NCBI RefSeq assembly: GCF_030028105.1
Contig: NC_092386.1
Coordinates: forward strand, 28,619,721-28,683,720
DNA from: Mobula birostris
Lineage: Eukaryota
Direction of reading: 5' to 3'
Length of the DNA: 64,000 bases
Both the position numbers and the translations under genes were made by a program. Position 1 is the stretch's first letter; each line of letters opens with the position of its first letter. This document shows, in pieces, positions 1 through 11,364 of this stretch. Under the pieces are notes generated by a model. The model had not been told where the DNA came from. It made no database searches and saw nothing but the letters and a program-made list of their open reading frames with translations.

Positions 1-387
1 AAAGACGCTCTTTGGTCAGCCCGAAACTTGATGATCTACCAGCACATGGAGATGTCCGTGGGAGAATGCTGCCGACTGGCACATTCTCGGCTGCAGGAGT
101 ACGTGCTGAGGGACGCACTGAAACTTGGTGCAGCCACCGCAAGGGCCCGGTGGGGAAAGACCACAGTATAGGTTTCTCCACCCGTGGGAGTGGGAGGGGT
201 CGGTGGCCGGGGAGTATACCCCTCAACAATGATATGCTAAGCTGAACTACTGGAGTGCCACGTGGGTGGCTATTAATACGGATATTTTACTGAGTATAAT
301 GGAAACGTATGTAAAGGATGAAAAGTTATTGAATGGTTTATTGTATATATTTATTTTTGAATAAAGTATATTTTGAAATATAAAAAA
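1..387 (+). mobile_element. 3' end of Tx1-like (L1 clade) non-LTR retrotransposon: ORF2 C-terminus, 3' UTR and short A tail
   Basis: Frame 1 from base 1 reads KDALWSARNLMIYQHMEMSVGECCRLAHSRLQEYVLRDALKLGAATARARWGKTTV, stop at 169-171, resembling fish Tx1-type ORF2 C-termini (recall). AATAAA at 360-365 and an A-run at 382-387 abut Penelope sequence. Confidence 0.7.
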
Positions 388-2018
388 GAATCAGAATGGG
401 ACGTGGAATTAAAACGTGTGGCCACCGGGAGATCCTGCTTTCTCTGCCGGACAGAGCGTAGGTGTTCAGCAAAACGGTCTCCCAGTCTGCGTCGGGTCTC
501 ACCAACATAGAGAAGGCCGCATCGGGAGCACCAAACGCAGTATACCACCCCAGCCGACTCACAGGTGAAGAGTCGCCTCACCTGGAAGGACTGTCTGGGG
601 CCCTGAATGGTGGTGAGGGAGGAAGTGTAAGAGCATGTGTAGCACTTGTTCCGCTTACAAGGATAAGTGCCGGGAGGGAGATCGGTGGGGAGGGATGGGG
701 GGGACAAATGGACAAGAGAATCGCGTAGGGAGTGATCCCTGCAGGAAGCAGAGGTGGGGGAGGGAAGGATGTGCTTGGTGGTGGGATCCCGTTGGAGGTG
801 GTGGAAGTTACGGAGAATTATATGTTGGACCTGGAGGCTGGTGGGGTGGTGGGTGAGGACAAGGGGAACCCTATCCCTAGTGGGGTGGCGGGAGGATGGG
901 GTGAGAGCAGATGTGCGTGAAATGGGAGAGATACATTTGAGAGCAGAGTTGATGGTGGAGGAAGGGAAGCCCCTTTCTTTAAAAAAGGAGGATATCCCCT
1001 TCGTCCTGGAATGAAAAGCCTCATCCTGAGAGCAGGTGCGGCGGAGGTGGAGGAATTGCGAGAAGGGGATGGCATTTTTGCAAGAGACAGGGTGAGAAGA
1101 GGAATAGTCAAGATAGCTGTGAGAGTCCGTAGGCTTATAGTAGACATCAGTAGATAAGCTGTCTCCAGAGATAGAGACAGAAAGATCTAGAAAGGGGAGG
1201 GAGGTGTCGGAAATGGACCAGGTAAACTTGAGGGCAGGGTGAAAGTTGGAGGCAAAGGTAATGAAATCAATGAGCTCAGCATGCGTGCAGGAAGCAGCGC
1301 CAATGCAGTCGCCGATGTAGCAAAGGAAAAGTGGGGGACAGATACCTGTATAGGTTTGGAATGTGGATTGTTCCACAAAGCCAACAAAAAGGCAGGCATA
1401 GCTGGGACCCATACGGGTGCCCATGGCTACACCTTTAGTTTGGAGGAAGTGGGAGGAGCCAAAGGAGAAATTATTAAGAGTAAGGACTAATTCCGCTAGA
1501 CGGAGGAAAGTGGTGGTAGAGGGGAACTGGTTAGGTTCTGGAATCCAAAAAGAAGCAGAGAGCTTTGAGACCTTCCTGGTGGTGAAAATCATCGAAAAAT
1601 TTTAAAGCGTGAAAAGTGTCACAAACATAGGTAGGAAGGGATTGAACAAGGGGGGATAAAACTGTGTCGAGGTATGCAGAAATGAGTTTGGTGGGTCAGG
1701 AGCAAGCTGAGACAATAGGTCTACCTGGAGAGGCAGGTTTGTGGATCTTGGCTAGGAGGTAGAAACAGGAAGTGTGGGATGTGGGAGCTATAATGTTTGT
1801 AGCAGTGAATGGGAGATCCCCTGAGCGGATAAAGCTGGTGATAGTGTGGGGGACAATGGCCTGGTACTCCTTAGTGGGGTCATGATTGAGGGATAAATAA
1901 GAGGAGGTATCTGCGAGTTGTCGCTGTGCCTCAGTAAGGTAGAGGTCAGACGCTGCATTTACCAGCAACTTCTATGTGTTGTTTGAAATTCCAGCATCTG
2001 CAGATTTCCTCGTGTTTG
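388..2018 (-). mobile_element. Penelope-like element (RT + GIY-YIG endonuclease), degenerate, with an inverted terminal piece at ~1950-2018
   Basis: ORF 351..1592(-) has the PLE RT motifs GVAMGTRMGPSYACLF, YIGD (YIDD mutated), LPFLDL and YYKPTD, then GIY-YIG VYCVWCSRCGLLYVGETRRRLGDRFAEH. ORF 1696..1968 has FYLLAKIHK..GRPIVSACS. At 1950-2018 the PLE terminal sequence is in the opposite orientation. Confidence 0.9.
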
Positions 2019-2039
2019 TGATCTACTTGTCATTTGAAT

Positions 2040-2266
2040 TCTTAAGGCATCCGTTAGTCTTGCGAGACCATGGATCTGCGCCTGGAAAGTCTTCACTCTC
2101 CAAGGCACAGGCCTGGGCAAGGTTATATCGAAGACGGGCAGTTGCCCATGCTGCAAGTCTCCCCTCTCCACGACACCAATGTTGTCCAAGGGAAGGGCAA
2201 GAGCCGATACAGCTTGGCACCAGTGTTGTCGCAGAGCACTGTGTGGTTAAGTACCTTGCTCAGGGA
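2040..2266 (-). mobile_element. 5'-truncated SINE-like repeat with a CORE-like motif
   Basis: Minus strand begins CCCTGAGCAAGGTACTTAACC, similar to the CORE-SINE motif CCTTGRGCAAGKCACTTAACC. It forms a GC-richer block with sharp boundaries. Confidence 0.45.
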
Positions 2267-2289
2267 ATGGTAATATGGTTACACTGCAG

Positions 2290-3200
2290 AAGGCCATTCA
2301 GCCCTTCATGTTATCTACAGAGCAGCACTCTAGTTCTACCCACCAGACTTTCTTTTAGGTAGTGTTGCAAACTTTTACTTATGTTTTTCATTCAAATCCT
2401 TCTTGAAAGTACCATCAAGTCTGGCTGCACCATTTCTGTAGGCTGTACATTCCAGATTTCAACTATGAAATCTAAAAGTCAAACAAGTTGCTTTGAGTCA
2501 CTTTGATTGCTCTTCTCTGTTTGTTTATATCTGTGACTTCTAGCCTTTGACCCTCCACCACATGGAGAAACCTTCCACCATACACTTGGTCCAGACACCT
2601 CATTTTATATGCTTATTTAATCTCACCTCAGCCTTGTTGTCCACAGGTAATAGTTACAGTTTCTATGTGATTGTAACTGTAACCCCCTCATCCCAGGAAC
2701 CATTCTCATAAACCTTCTCTGATCCTCTCTGATGCCTTCACATCATTCCTATAAAAAGGCAACCAAAACTGAACACAATGCTTTAATTGAGGATGCACCA
2801 GTATTTTACTAAGGTTCGGCATGACATCCCCTGCTTTAATACTCTGTCTCCTCTGATACAGCCCTGAATGCATCATTATCCATTTTCTCAACTTGCATTA
2901 TGATTTTTATTGATTTGAGGTCCCTTATCCATAAGCCTCTTTATTCCTGCTCCTATTTTTTCCTATGAAAATACATAACCTTAGTTTCCTCCATAATAAC
3001 ATTCATCACCTGTAAGTTTGTCCATGCTACTGACCTGTTTAATTCCTGCTGCAATTTTTCCACTCTCCTCATAACAGTTGCAATATTGCTCAGTTTTGTG
3101 TTACTTACAAATTTAGAAATTGCCTTTCACCCCCAAATAAAGGTCACTAATAAAGCCCTAACAAACATCACTGTTCATCTTCCAGTCAGACAAATAACCA
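2290..3200 (-). mobile_element. Old CR1 LINE 3' fragment
   Basis: ORF 2706..2891(-) LVHPQLKHCVQFW matches the CR1 RT C-terminal motif [13 protein letters not shown]. Confidence 0.6.
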
Positions 3201-4844
3201 TTCATCTTGATAGTAGTATACTGCTTCATATCCATAATATTAAATCTCTTTTTATGCCATGTGTGTCAAGGCACTGGAAGTTTCAAGTTAAACCTCATGT
3301 TTCAAGTTTAATTATCATTCAGTCATACATGAATATAGCCAAACGAAACAGTGTTCCTCTGGGGCCAAGATGCAAGATATTTCACCAACAGCACACTGCA
3401 CACAGCACAAGTAACAAATATGGTTATAGTTTTAGAAAAACATGGTCATAAAGAGGGGGATTTTTTTTTCCAAGTAGTATATCCCAGGTCCCTAAGTTGT
3501 CATGGTTTTGCTTGCTGCAGTACTAAGCAAATGCTGGAGTGTAGTACTGACAGGAGGGGCAGTCCTCCAGCCCAGTACAAAATCCAACAGGACACAGCCA
3601 GCTCTGGCGTCCCCTTCACTGGCAGCTTCAGCAGGCAACTCTGAGGCATGAGGGCCTTGTCCACGCAACAATTGAAGCAGTGCAGCTCCCCTGCCGTCAG
3701 TCTCACCAGTGAACTGGGTTTGTGAACTATGTTACCAATTTCCAGCAGAGTCTTACGGTCACAATAAAAACGTCCAAGATAATCACTCAAACCTTCTTTT
3801 GGAGTGCTCACTGTCTTGGCACAATGGTACACACAAATCCAGGTAACCACACAAGTCCAGGCAACAACACGACAATGGTACGCAACAACTCCAGCTCTAT
3901 TGGTATCAAGCAACCCGCTGATGAGATGGGCCTGCAGTACTTGATGTTCTTGGTATCCAGCAGTGACTTGCGATCATAAAAGAGACACAGAGGATGAGCA
4001 AATACACTTTTGGTTGAACCAGAAGTGCCCACTGCGTCTGAGGGCTCTGCGATCTTTCTAGAATACCCCAGAAATGGGTTTTAAACATGTCCCTGGATGA
4101 GCAGTTATACTTCTCAGTAACAGTCCACAGTGTTATCATATGTGGGCACAGTGCCTCTGAGCTGCATCTCTTCTGACCTGCTTTCACCTCTGTAGCTGTT
4201 GTTCTTACTCTGCCTTAGTGTGAATCCTTCCTTCCCCCAACCCCAATGTCTGTAGAACTTGAGCCCATCAAAACCACTCTTTTTGTATTTATGACAACTC
4301 CTTTGATTAAATGTGAAGCCACTCTTTGTTGTCTCCTTTCCCTATCTTCATTTGTTCAATGAATAATTGTGTTACTAAGCTATCAAACATATTGCTAGGT
4401 GTCAAATTAGTTTAATCCATGTTTATATTGGGGAAAAGGTGTGAGCCGCTAAACCAACTGTTGTGTCTGCTCCGTGATGAATTATTAGTTTCTCAGTTAT
4501 GTTACTTCAGCTTACTGTTTCTGTTGGTCTTCAGTAGAACAGTTTTGTTTTGCAATAATACTTCTTGACGTCAGTAACTTGGCTGTGTTTTTGCCTCTCA
4601 CTGTAAATTTAATGTTGCACAATGCTGAAATCCAGAATAGAAAATTAGTCCTTTTATGCTTCGATCCAAGATGAAAAATCTTCTTGATTTTGTGCAGACA
4701 TAATTGCTGAAGTTCAATTTCTGAGAAGGGTGTTGGCTGAGTTTATTTTTGTTGTACTATCCTAGTGTTTATTTACACTATTCTACCATGGAAAGCAAGT
4801 TTACTACTTTGGTATATGATGTTTTACTGTCCTACTTTGTAAAG

Positions 4845-4931
4845 GTGGATACAGATGCTGCTTATCCTGGTGGTCGAGCAAGAATCATTCACAAAGAATC
4901 TGACATCATTACAGCCTTTGCAATTAATAAG
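4845..4931 (+). CDS. DMXL1: DMXL1 internal coding exon (VDTDAAYPGGRARIIHKESDIITAFAINK)
   Basis: Acceptor aaag|GTG, donor AAG|gtaagc; 87 nt, phase 0-0. Peptide matches the recalled DMXL1 C-terminal region (YPGG..IIHKESDIITAF). Confidence 0.93.
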
Positions 4932-5141
4932 GTAAGCAGACATGTAGAGTCAACAAAAAAAAAACTCTTAAATATCAGTGTAAATGGTGTGCTTTCCAGC
5001 TGAAGTATAACCAGAATTTTTGGCAAGGCATTAACGGCCTGTGCAGTTAATCTATTTGATATTTTACATGATGTTAAAAACTACTTGTCATTACTATTAA
5101 TGGTGTGGAAGTTTAAAGACTTTTTTTCTGCTAATTATCAG

Positions 5142-5263
5142 GCTAATCGGAATTGTGTTGCCATAGCCACCAGCCATGATATCCAAGAGCTGGATGTTTC
5201 TGCAATTCTGGCTACCCAGATCTACGCTTGGATTGAGGATGAGTTTGAACTGGAATCAAAAGG
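5142..5263 (+). CDS. DMXL1: DMXL1 coding exon (ANRNCVAIATSHDIQELDVSAILATQIYAWIEDEFELESKG)
   Basis: Acceptor tcag|GCT, donor GG|gtatga; 122 nt, phase 0-2; in frame with the previous exon. Confidence 0.93.
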
Positions 5264-5329
5264 GTATGACTAGGAAAGAGAAGAGTATAATTGTTTATAA
5301 TAGTTAATTTTATTTACTGTGGGGGGGGG

Positions 5330-6110
5330 ACTCATATATGTCCTTTCTAATAATGTTCAAATACAAAAGTTGTGTGTGAAAGAAGAGGGCAAATATGGAT
5401 TTGTTAATGGTAAACTATGTTTGACAAATTTACTTGAATATTTCAGGATGCCCTTAATCAGGCGCATTAAAGAATACTTACAGAAGTTATCAGTAAGGTT
5501 TTCCACATGGGATTATTAACTTTTCAAGTCAGGTCGGAAATTGTTTGATACGCATTGGATGTAGGGGAGCAAATGAAGATCAGATTTTCTCAGTGGTGTA
5601 AAGTGCAAAAAAACCCTTCGCTTTTCCTTTCACCATATAAATAAGTATATCAGGCCATCCTGAGAACCTGAATGGATTGATATAAATCCAAGATGACTAT
5701 TAGATGTCTAAATTAGTAAGTAGTCTTGGACATAAATAGTCTCCATAAATTTGTGAAAAAAATTATATCTGGAATTCAGAGAGGTTAACTCAGGGACTGG
5801 ACCCAAAAGAAAATTGTTCTTTTTAAGGTTATAACCAATGAAGCACTGTGGAGGCAGAAATTTGGGAGTCCAACTATGCAAATTAATTACTTAATAAGCA
5901 TCCATATCAAGCTATCATTAGGAATAATGGCCTTTATTAGAAGGTGGCCGTAATACGAAAGAGAGGAAGTTATGCAGCAGATGTATGGAGCCTTAGATAA
6001 GATCTAGAAAACTGCATTCACTCTGGAGTCACACATTGGCCTGAGAGAGTGATTGGGTTACAATATAGATTAGGTTGTATGAATCAGGAACTTAGATTGT
6101 TGTAGGGGCA
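5330..6110 (+). mobile_element. Highly decayed CR1 fragment
   Basis: ORF 5319..5519 contains YGFVNGKLCLTNLLEYF, the CR1 RT motif GF..GKSCLTNLLEFF. Confidence 0.55.
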
Positions 6111-6595
6111 GATTGCAAAACCTGCAATTTCCTATTTTCTGCTGTACAGTTGTGAGTTTTCAAAATGTGCAATTGTCCGATTATGGGAAATATTATTATA
6201 AATGGATAGATGTCTTTTGAGGTACTTTGCAGTTAATGTTTGATGAAGGATGTACAAGAAATCATACTCAATAGGAGAGAAGTGCTATTTCAGGAATAAA
6301 AGTCCTGTTTGGAACGTAGAAAGTAGATAGGGAAGTGAGAAACTTAAATTTGTTATGGCTTATCTGGTAGATTGATGGCGATGTTGTAGAATATCACAAA
6401 AGCCATGAAGAAGTTAATAGTCTAATACATAGTTTTTGAGTTCTTTGTTGTAACCAGTAGCATAGGACCAATGCGGCATTAGCTGTTATAGCATAAATAC
6501 AATTTGAATCCGATCTGTTGATTAAATGCTTGGCTCCTATTGTGAAACATTTTATCTCTGATTTAATACTCTTATTTATTTGTATTTGTATGTAG

Positions 6596-6737
6596 ATCAG
6601 ATGAATTCTTGGTAGTTCATGCAAGAGAGGATTTCGGTGATTTACAGTGTAGCACACCATATACTCCCAGCGTTCCTGGCACCCCTATAAATGTGCCCTG
6701 GTTAGGCAGCACACAGACAGGCAGAGGAGCATCTGTG
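6596..6737 (+). CDS. DMXL1: DMXL1 coding exon (SDEFLVVHAREDFGDLQCSTPYTPSVPGTPINVPWLGSTQTGRGASV)
   Basis: Acceptor tgtag|A, donor GTG|gtgagt; 142 nt, phase 2-0. PWLGSTQTGRGASV is a DMXL motif. Missed by the ORF track. Confidence 0.93.
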
Positions 6738-6817
6738 GTGAGTTTAAATTTAATTTGATCAATTTTACAGAGACTGTTTTTAAAAACACATACCAAATGA
6801 TTGATGAAATAACAGAG

Positions 6818-7615
6818 CAAGGTTTCAAAGGTACATTTAATATCAGAGAAATGTATACAATATACATCCTGAAATTCTTTTTCTTCACAACCATCCTCAA
6901 AAACAGAGGAGTGCCCCAAAGAATGAATGACAGTTAAATGTTAGAACCCCAAAGCCCCTCCCACCAGCTCCCCGCTCCCACGTGTAAGCAGCAGCAAAAC
7001 AACAATCCCCCCTCCCCCACCAGCAAAAAAAAGCATCGGTGCCCCACCGAGCACTCAAGCGTGCAGCAAAGCATCATTAAAGACACAGACTTCCAGTACA
7101 CCAAAGAGTACTTGTTCAAACTGTAACTCAGCATACCTCAGGCTCTCTCTCTCCCTAATAAGGGAAAAAGAGATGTCTCTGTTTCACAGCAAGAGGGGAG
7201 ATGTAACAAACAACTCAGTGATTTACGATGTTAAAAGTCTGTTGCATCGCTTTTTCTGAGCTCTGTGCCCAATGAACTCAGGTCTCTGGGCACACAGGCA
7301 GAGATCTTCTGTCTCCCACGACACACCGATTTCCTGCAGAGGCACTGACCTTGGGTCCGTCCACCTCCAGGGCCATGAAATCCTGAAACTCCGAAGGCAA
7401 GCTAATCTTCTAGGCCGCGTCCTTGGTATATCGAATAGCGGCCAGTCGTGAGACCCCGAGAGCGAGTCTCATTCCCGCAAAGAACAGAAGTCAGCACGTA
7501 ACTCCAGGTCAGGATGTTCAAAAAAACCCTGAAAGAGAAAAATAGAGATATTAAAGATAGAAATAGAGCTGTTTCTGAAGATGCAAGCAAAGAGGTCGCC
7601 ATTAGACGCCATTGT
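6818..7615 (-). mobile_element. Non-autonomous LINE-like interspersed repeat
   Basis: Minus strand starts with repeated ATGGCG (ACAATGGCGTCTAATGGCG) and ends ATTAAATGTACCTTTGAAACCTTG. It is GC-richer than its flanks and has no credible ORF. Confidence 0.5.
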
Positions 7616-7951
7616 CTCCGAAGCTCCAAGGCTAACAATGCTAATGTTCACTCTAGGATTTAATTTAACTTCCATATGTATCTTTTGGTTAAAGAGGTAA
7701 AGAAAGCCAGCAATATGATTCTACTTCTGTGGCTTTGTTGTGCTGTACGTAAATTAAATTGCACTTTTTTATAATTATATCATTTGCCTATCTGTTTTGG
7801 TTAAGTTACACCATTTAGAAAACATACTCTTCTCAGCTTTGGTGCATTAAATATAAAAGAAACAGTGGTATAAGATTACACCTCCTGAAATTCCAGTCAC
7901 CACAATTTATTGATACAGAAATGCCTTCCACATCTGGCAATTTATATGGTA

Positions 7952-8348
7952 CAGGCAGTCCTGAAGTTACAACAGGGTTCCATTCCTGGGAACTGTTTGT
8001 AACCCGAACTACTCATAAGTGAACAATAATGGAAGAAAAGCAAGATGTGGTAAAAATCATAGCAGACCTGTCACCAGAGTGAGCATGCACAGGGAGAGCA
8101 GTGCCTGTCAGCTTCACTGATTCAGTGAAAAAGCGAGTGAAACTGCTCAATGCTATTAGCTCTGCTTGGCTTCACCCACCTCTGTACGGCATGGGATGAG
8201 GAGGAAAGATTTGCGGGAAATCGCTGTTTCCACCCGGTAGAAGATGCTTGCAGCCCCACAGCAGCTGACCTTATCGCCAGTCTATAAACTCTTGTGCATT
8301 TGTATAGTGTCTCCATAAGTTGGGCATTTGTAAACTGAGGAGGACTTG
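7952..8348. mobile_element. Tigger/pogo-type MITE remnant
   Basis: TA|CAGGCAGTCCTGAAGTTACAAC ... TTTGTAAACTGAGGAGGACTTG|TA: degenerate inverted ends flanked by TA. Confidence 0.45.
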
Positions 8349-8784
8349 TACGAGACAATTAATTGTCACTGGGAATCTCAGCTGATCGAGGTTTAAGATA
8401 AATGACGTTCTTTGGGAAATTACTACAATAAAGGTAATGAAATTGTCATTACCATTCAATGTTTACAGCAACTCATAATTTTATTTGAACGTAGATCAAT
8501 GATTTGTAAATTGTTACGGAATATTACCTCATTTCCTGATTGTAGTAATGCACCGGGCAATTTAGAATTATAGACAGATCAACTGTAAATATTTTTCACT
8601 GGTGATGTCTGAATATGTAGCAGATTTTCCGTTATTGCTATTTGACTCTCGCAAGGACCTGACCAATGAATGTTGATCATATGACTTTTAATGCAAGTCA
8701 CATTTGAACAAATAGTTTAAGCAATTTCCTCCTTTCTTTATGATGGCTTAGAACCTCAGCTCTCCACATTTTTGAAATATTCTT

Positions 8785-10815
8785 AAAGTTCAAGTAAATT
8801 TATTGCCGAAGTACATACATATCACCATATATAACCATGAGATTTGTTTTCTTGTGGATGTACATAATAAGTCCAAGAAACACAATAGTATCCATGAAAG
8901 ACCACACCCAACAGAATGGACAAACAACCAATGTGCAAGAGACAAACTGCAAATAAAAAGAGGGGAGAAAATAAATAAATAAACACTAAATATCCAGAAA
9001 ATGAGACTGAGTCCTTGAAAGTAAGTCCACAGGTTGTGGATGAGTGAAGTTGAATGATGTTATCCCCTCTGGTTCAAGAGCCTGATGGTTGAGGGGTAAT
9101 AACTTCCTGAATTTGGTAATGTGGATACTGAGTCTCCTGTACCTTCTTACTGATGGGAGTAACAAGAAGAGAGCATGGCCTGGGTGATGGGGATCCTTGA
9201 TAATGGATGTTGCTTTCCTGCATCAGCACTCCTTGTAGATGTGCTCAATGGTAGGCAGGGCTTTACCCGCGATGGTCTGTGCCAATGAAATAGCATCTGC
9301 TGTGGACCTGTAGGCAAATTGGAGCAGATCCTAGCTGCTTCTCAGGCAAGAGTTGATATGTTTTGAAATCACCCTCTCAAAGCTCTTCATCATAATGGAT
9401 GTAAGTGCTACTGGATGATAGTCGTTGAGGCAGGTTACCACATTCTTCTTAGGCACCGGTATGATTGAAGCCTGCTTGAAGCATGTGGCTACTTCAGACT
9501 GCCGAAGTGAGAGGTCAAAGATATCGGTGAACACTCCAGCCAGTTGATCAGCACAGGTCTTTAGTACTTGACCAGGTACCCTATCTGGGCCGAATACTTA
9601 TTGTGGGTTCATTGTTCTGAAGCCTCATGTCAGCCTCAGAGACTGAAATCACAGGGTCATTGAGTTGTGGGGGTTTATGAAGGTTCCTCCATGTTTTGAC
9701 AGTCAAATGGTGTGCAGGAGGCATTGAGCTCATCTAAGAGTGGTCTTGTCACCTACGTCACTTGGTTTCACTTTGTAGGAAGTAATATCGTTCAAGCCCT
9801 ACCACAGCTGTCTAGTAGCTTTCAGTGATTCAAGTTTTGTTTGGAATTGCCACTTTGCATATGAAATGGCTTTCGGAAGATCATACTTGGACCTCTTTTA
9901 TCTACCTTACTTGGTTACTAGATCTGACTGCTAGTGATCTATCTTTCAGCAGACTGCGGATCTCATGGTTCATCCGGGGTTTTGGGTTGGTGAAGACTGA
10001 ATGATTTTGTGGGACAGACTCATCTATGACTTGTTTTTATAAAGTCCGTGACCACTGTGGTGTATGCATTCAGATCCTGAGTCCTTGAACGCGGTCCTTA
10101 TCTCTGGAACAATGCCTCTGCCTGTAGGCAGGTAGGAGAAGGATAGTCAAGATTTCCCAAATGGCAGTCTAGGTGGTTGAGTATGCTGGGACCCCTAGTG
10201 CTTCAGGTTTTCTGTTGATGATAATTGGGCAGAAACGTCTTCAAACAAGCATAATTGAAGTCCCCGACTATGACTTGAAATGCGGCTGGGTGGACTATTT
10301 CTTGTTTGGTGATGACTGCATTCAATATTTCAAGTGCCTGATTAACATCTGCTTTTGGCAATATGTAAACTGCAGTCTGGATCACAGAGGACAACTCTCT
10401 TGAAAAGTAGAATGGTCAGCATTTAATTATTGGATGTTCCAGGTGGGGGGAACAAGTGTGATAAGACAACTGTGTCCAAGCACCACAAAGAGTTTATCAT
10501 AAAACACAGACCTCCTTCTTTTGCCTTCCTGTGTATTGAGAAGTCTTCGGGTTTTCCCAGCATGTAACGCATGTCCAGATTGAGCCACGTCTTCATGAAA
10601 CAAAGCACAGCAATTCCTCATTTTCCTCCGGTACGGCAATCTTGCCTTTAGGTTCTCAGTCTTGTTCTCCAGTGAGTGTAGGTTTTCTAACAAGATGCTG
10701 GTTAGAGGAATTTTCATTCCTTGGAATATCAGTCTGGCTTGGAGTCCTCCCCTCCTCCCTCTGTTCCAGCTATGCCTATGTACCTTCATCTGCTTAAAGG
10801 TGTGTACCAGCATGC
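8785..10815 (-). mobile_element. Rex1/Babar-type LINE, internally deleted
   Basis: Minus-strand pieces: RRGGLQARL..SILLENLHSLENK (APE N-terminus), VYILP..IVGDFN (APE), [35 protein letters not shown] (RT start). The RT core is missing, jumping to a 3' UTR ending AATAAATTTACTTGAACTT. Confidence 0.8.
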
Positions 10816-11364
10816 TTGAGAGTTAAGTGCACTAAGTCCATCCATTCCAGTTCTGAAAGGCCTTCCTTTCTCTTTCCCAGGTGCTACCTGACCTGCTAAA
10901 TATTTTTAGCATTCATTTTACAATATGTTCTAGATGCTTTTGTTGCTTTAGAAAGATATAATGACGATATGCATTGATATTTTGGTAAGAGTTTCAATAA
11001 TTTGTGGTTTTAGTTCCACAATTTAATTCCTGTAAGCCAGAGATATTTATGTTGCAGATATTAAGTTGCTATTTCTTTTTAGAGGGAACAATTCCAAGTT
11101 TTCTAAGCTTCCTCCCTTCTAACTCTTTTTGTACTGAATCCACTGAGATTAGATAGTGTTCAAGTATAAACTGAGTGATAATAGAATTTTTTGAAATCAG
11201 AACAATTCTGGTATACTGCCTGACCCGCTGAGTTCCTCAAGCATTTTGTGTGTTTTGCCTTGGATTTCCAGCATCTGCAGATTTTCTCATGTTTCTGGTA
11301 CACTCATATCAGTTTTACTCAGCATTGGGATCAACCTAGACTTAATTTGGTGGCAGACCAGTCA

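Noticed and set aside
351-1592. 413-aa RT-endonuclease ORF as an active or novel enzyme
   Set aside because: It is a Penelope relic: catalytic YIDD reads YIGD, the N-terminus is frameshifted, and the C-terminus runs into the Tx1 tail.
2040-2200. Possible HDV-like ribozyme in the SINE-like repeat (GG-hairpin-CTAA on the minus strand)
   Set aside because: I could not find convincing P1/P2/P3 pairings by eye; a covariance-model search would be needed.
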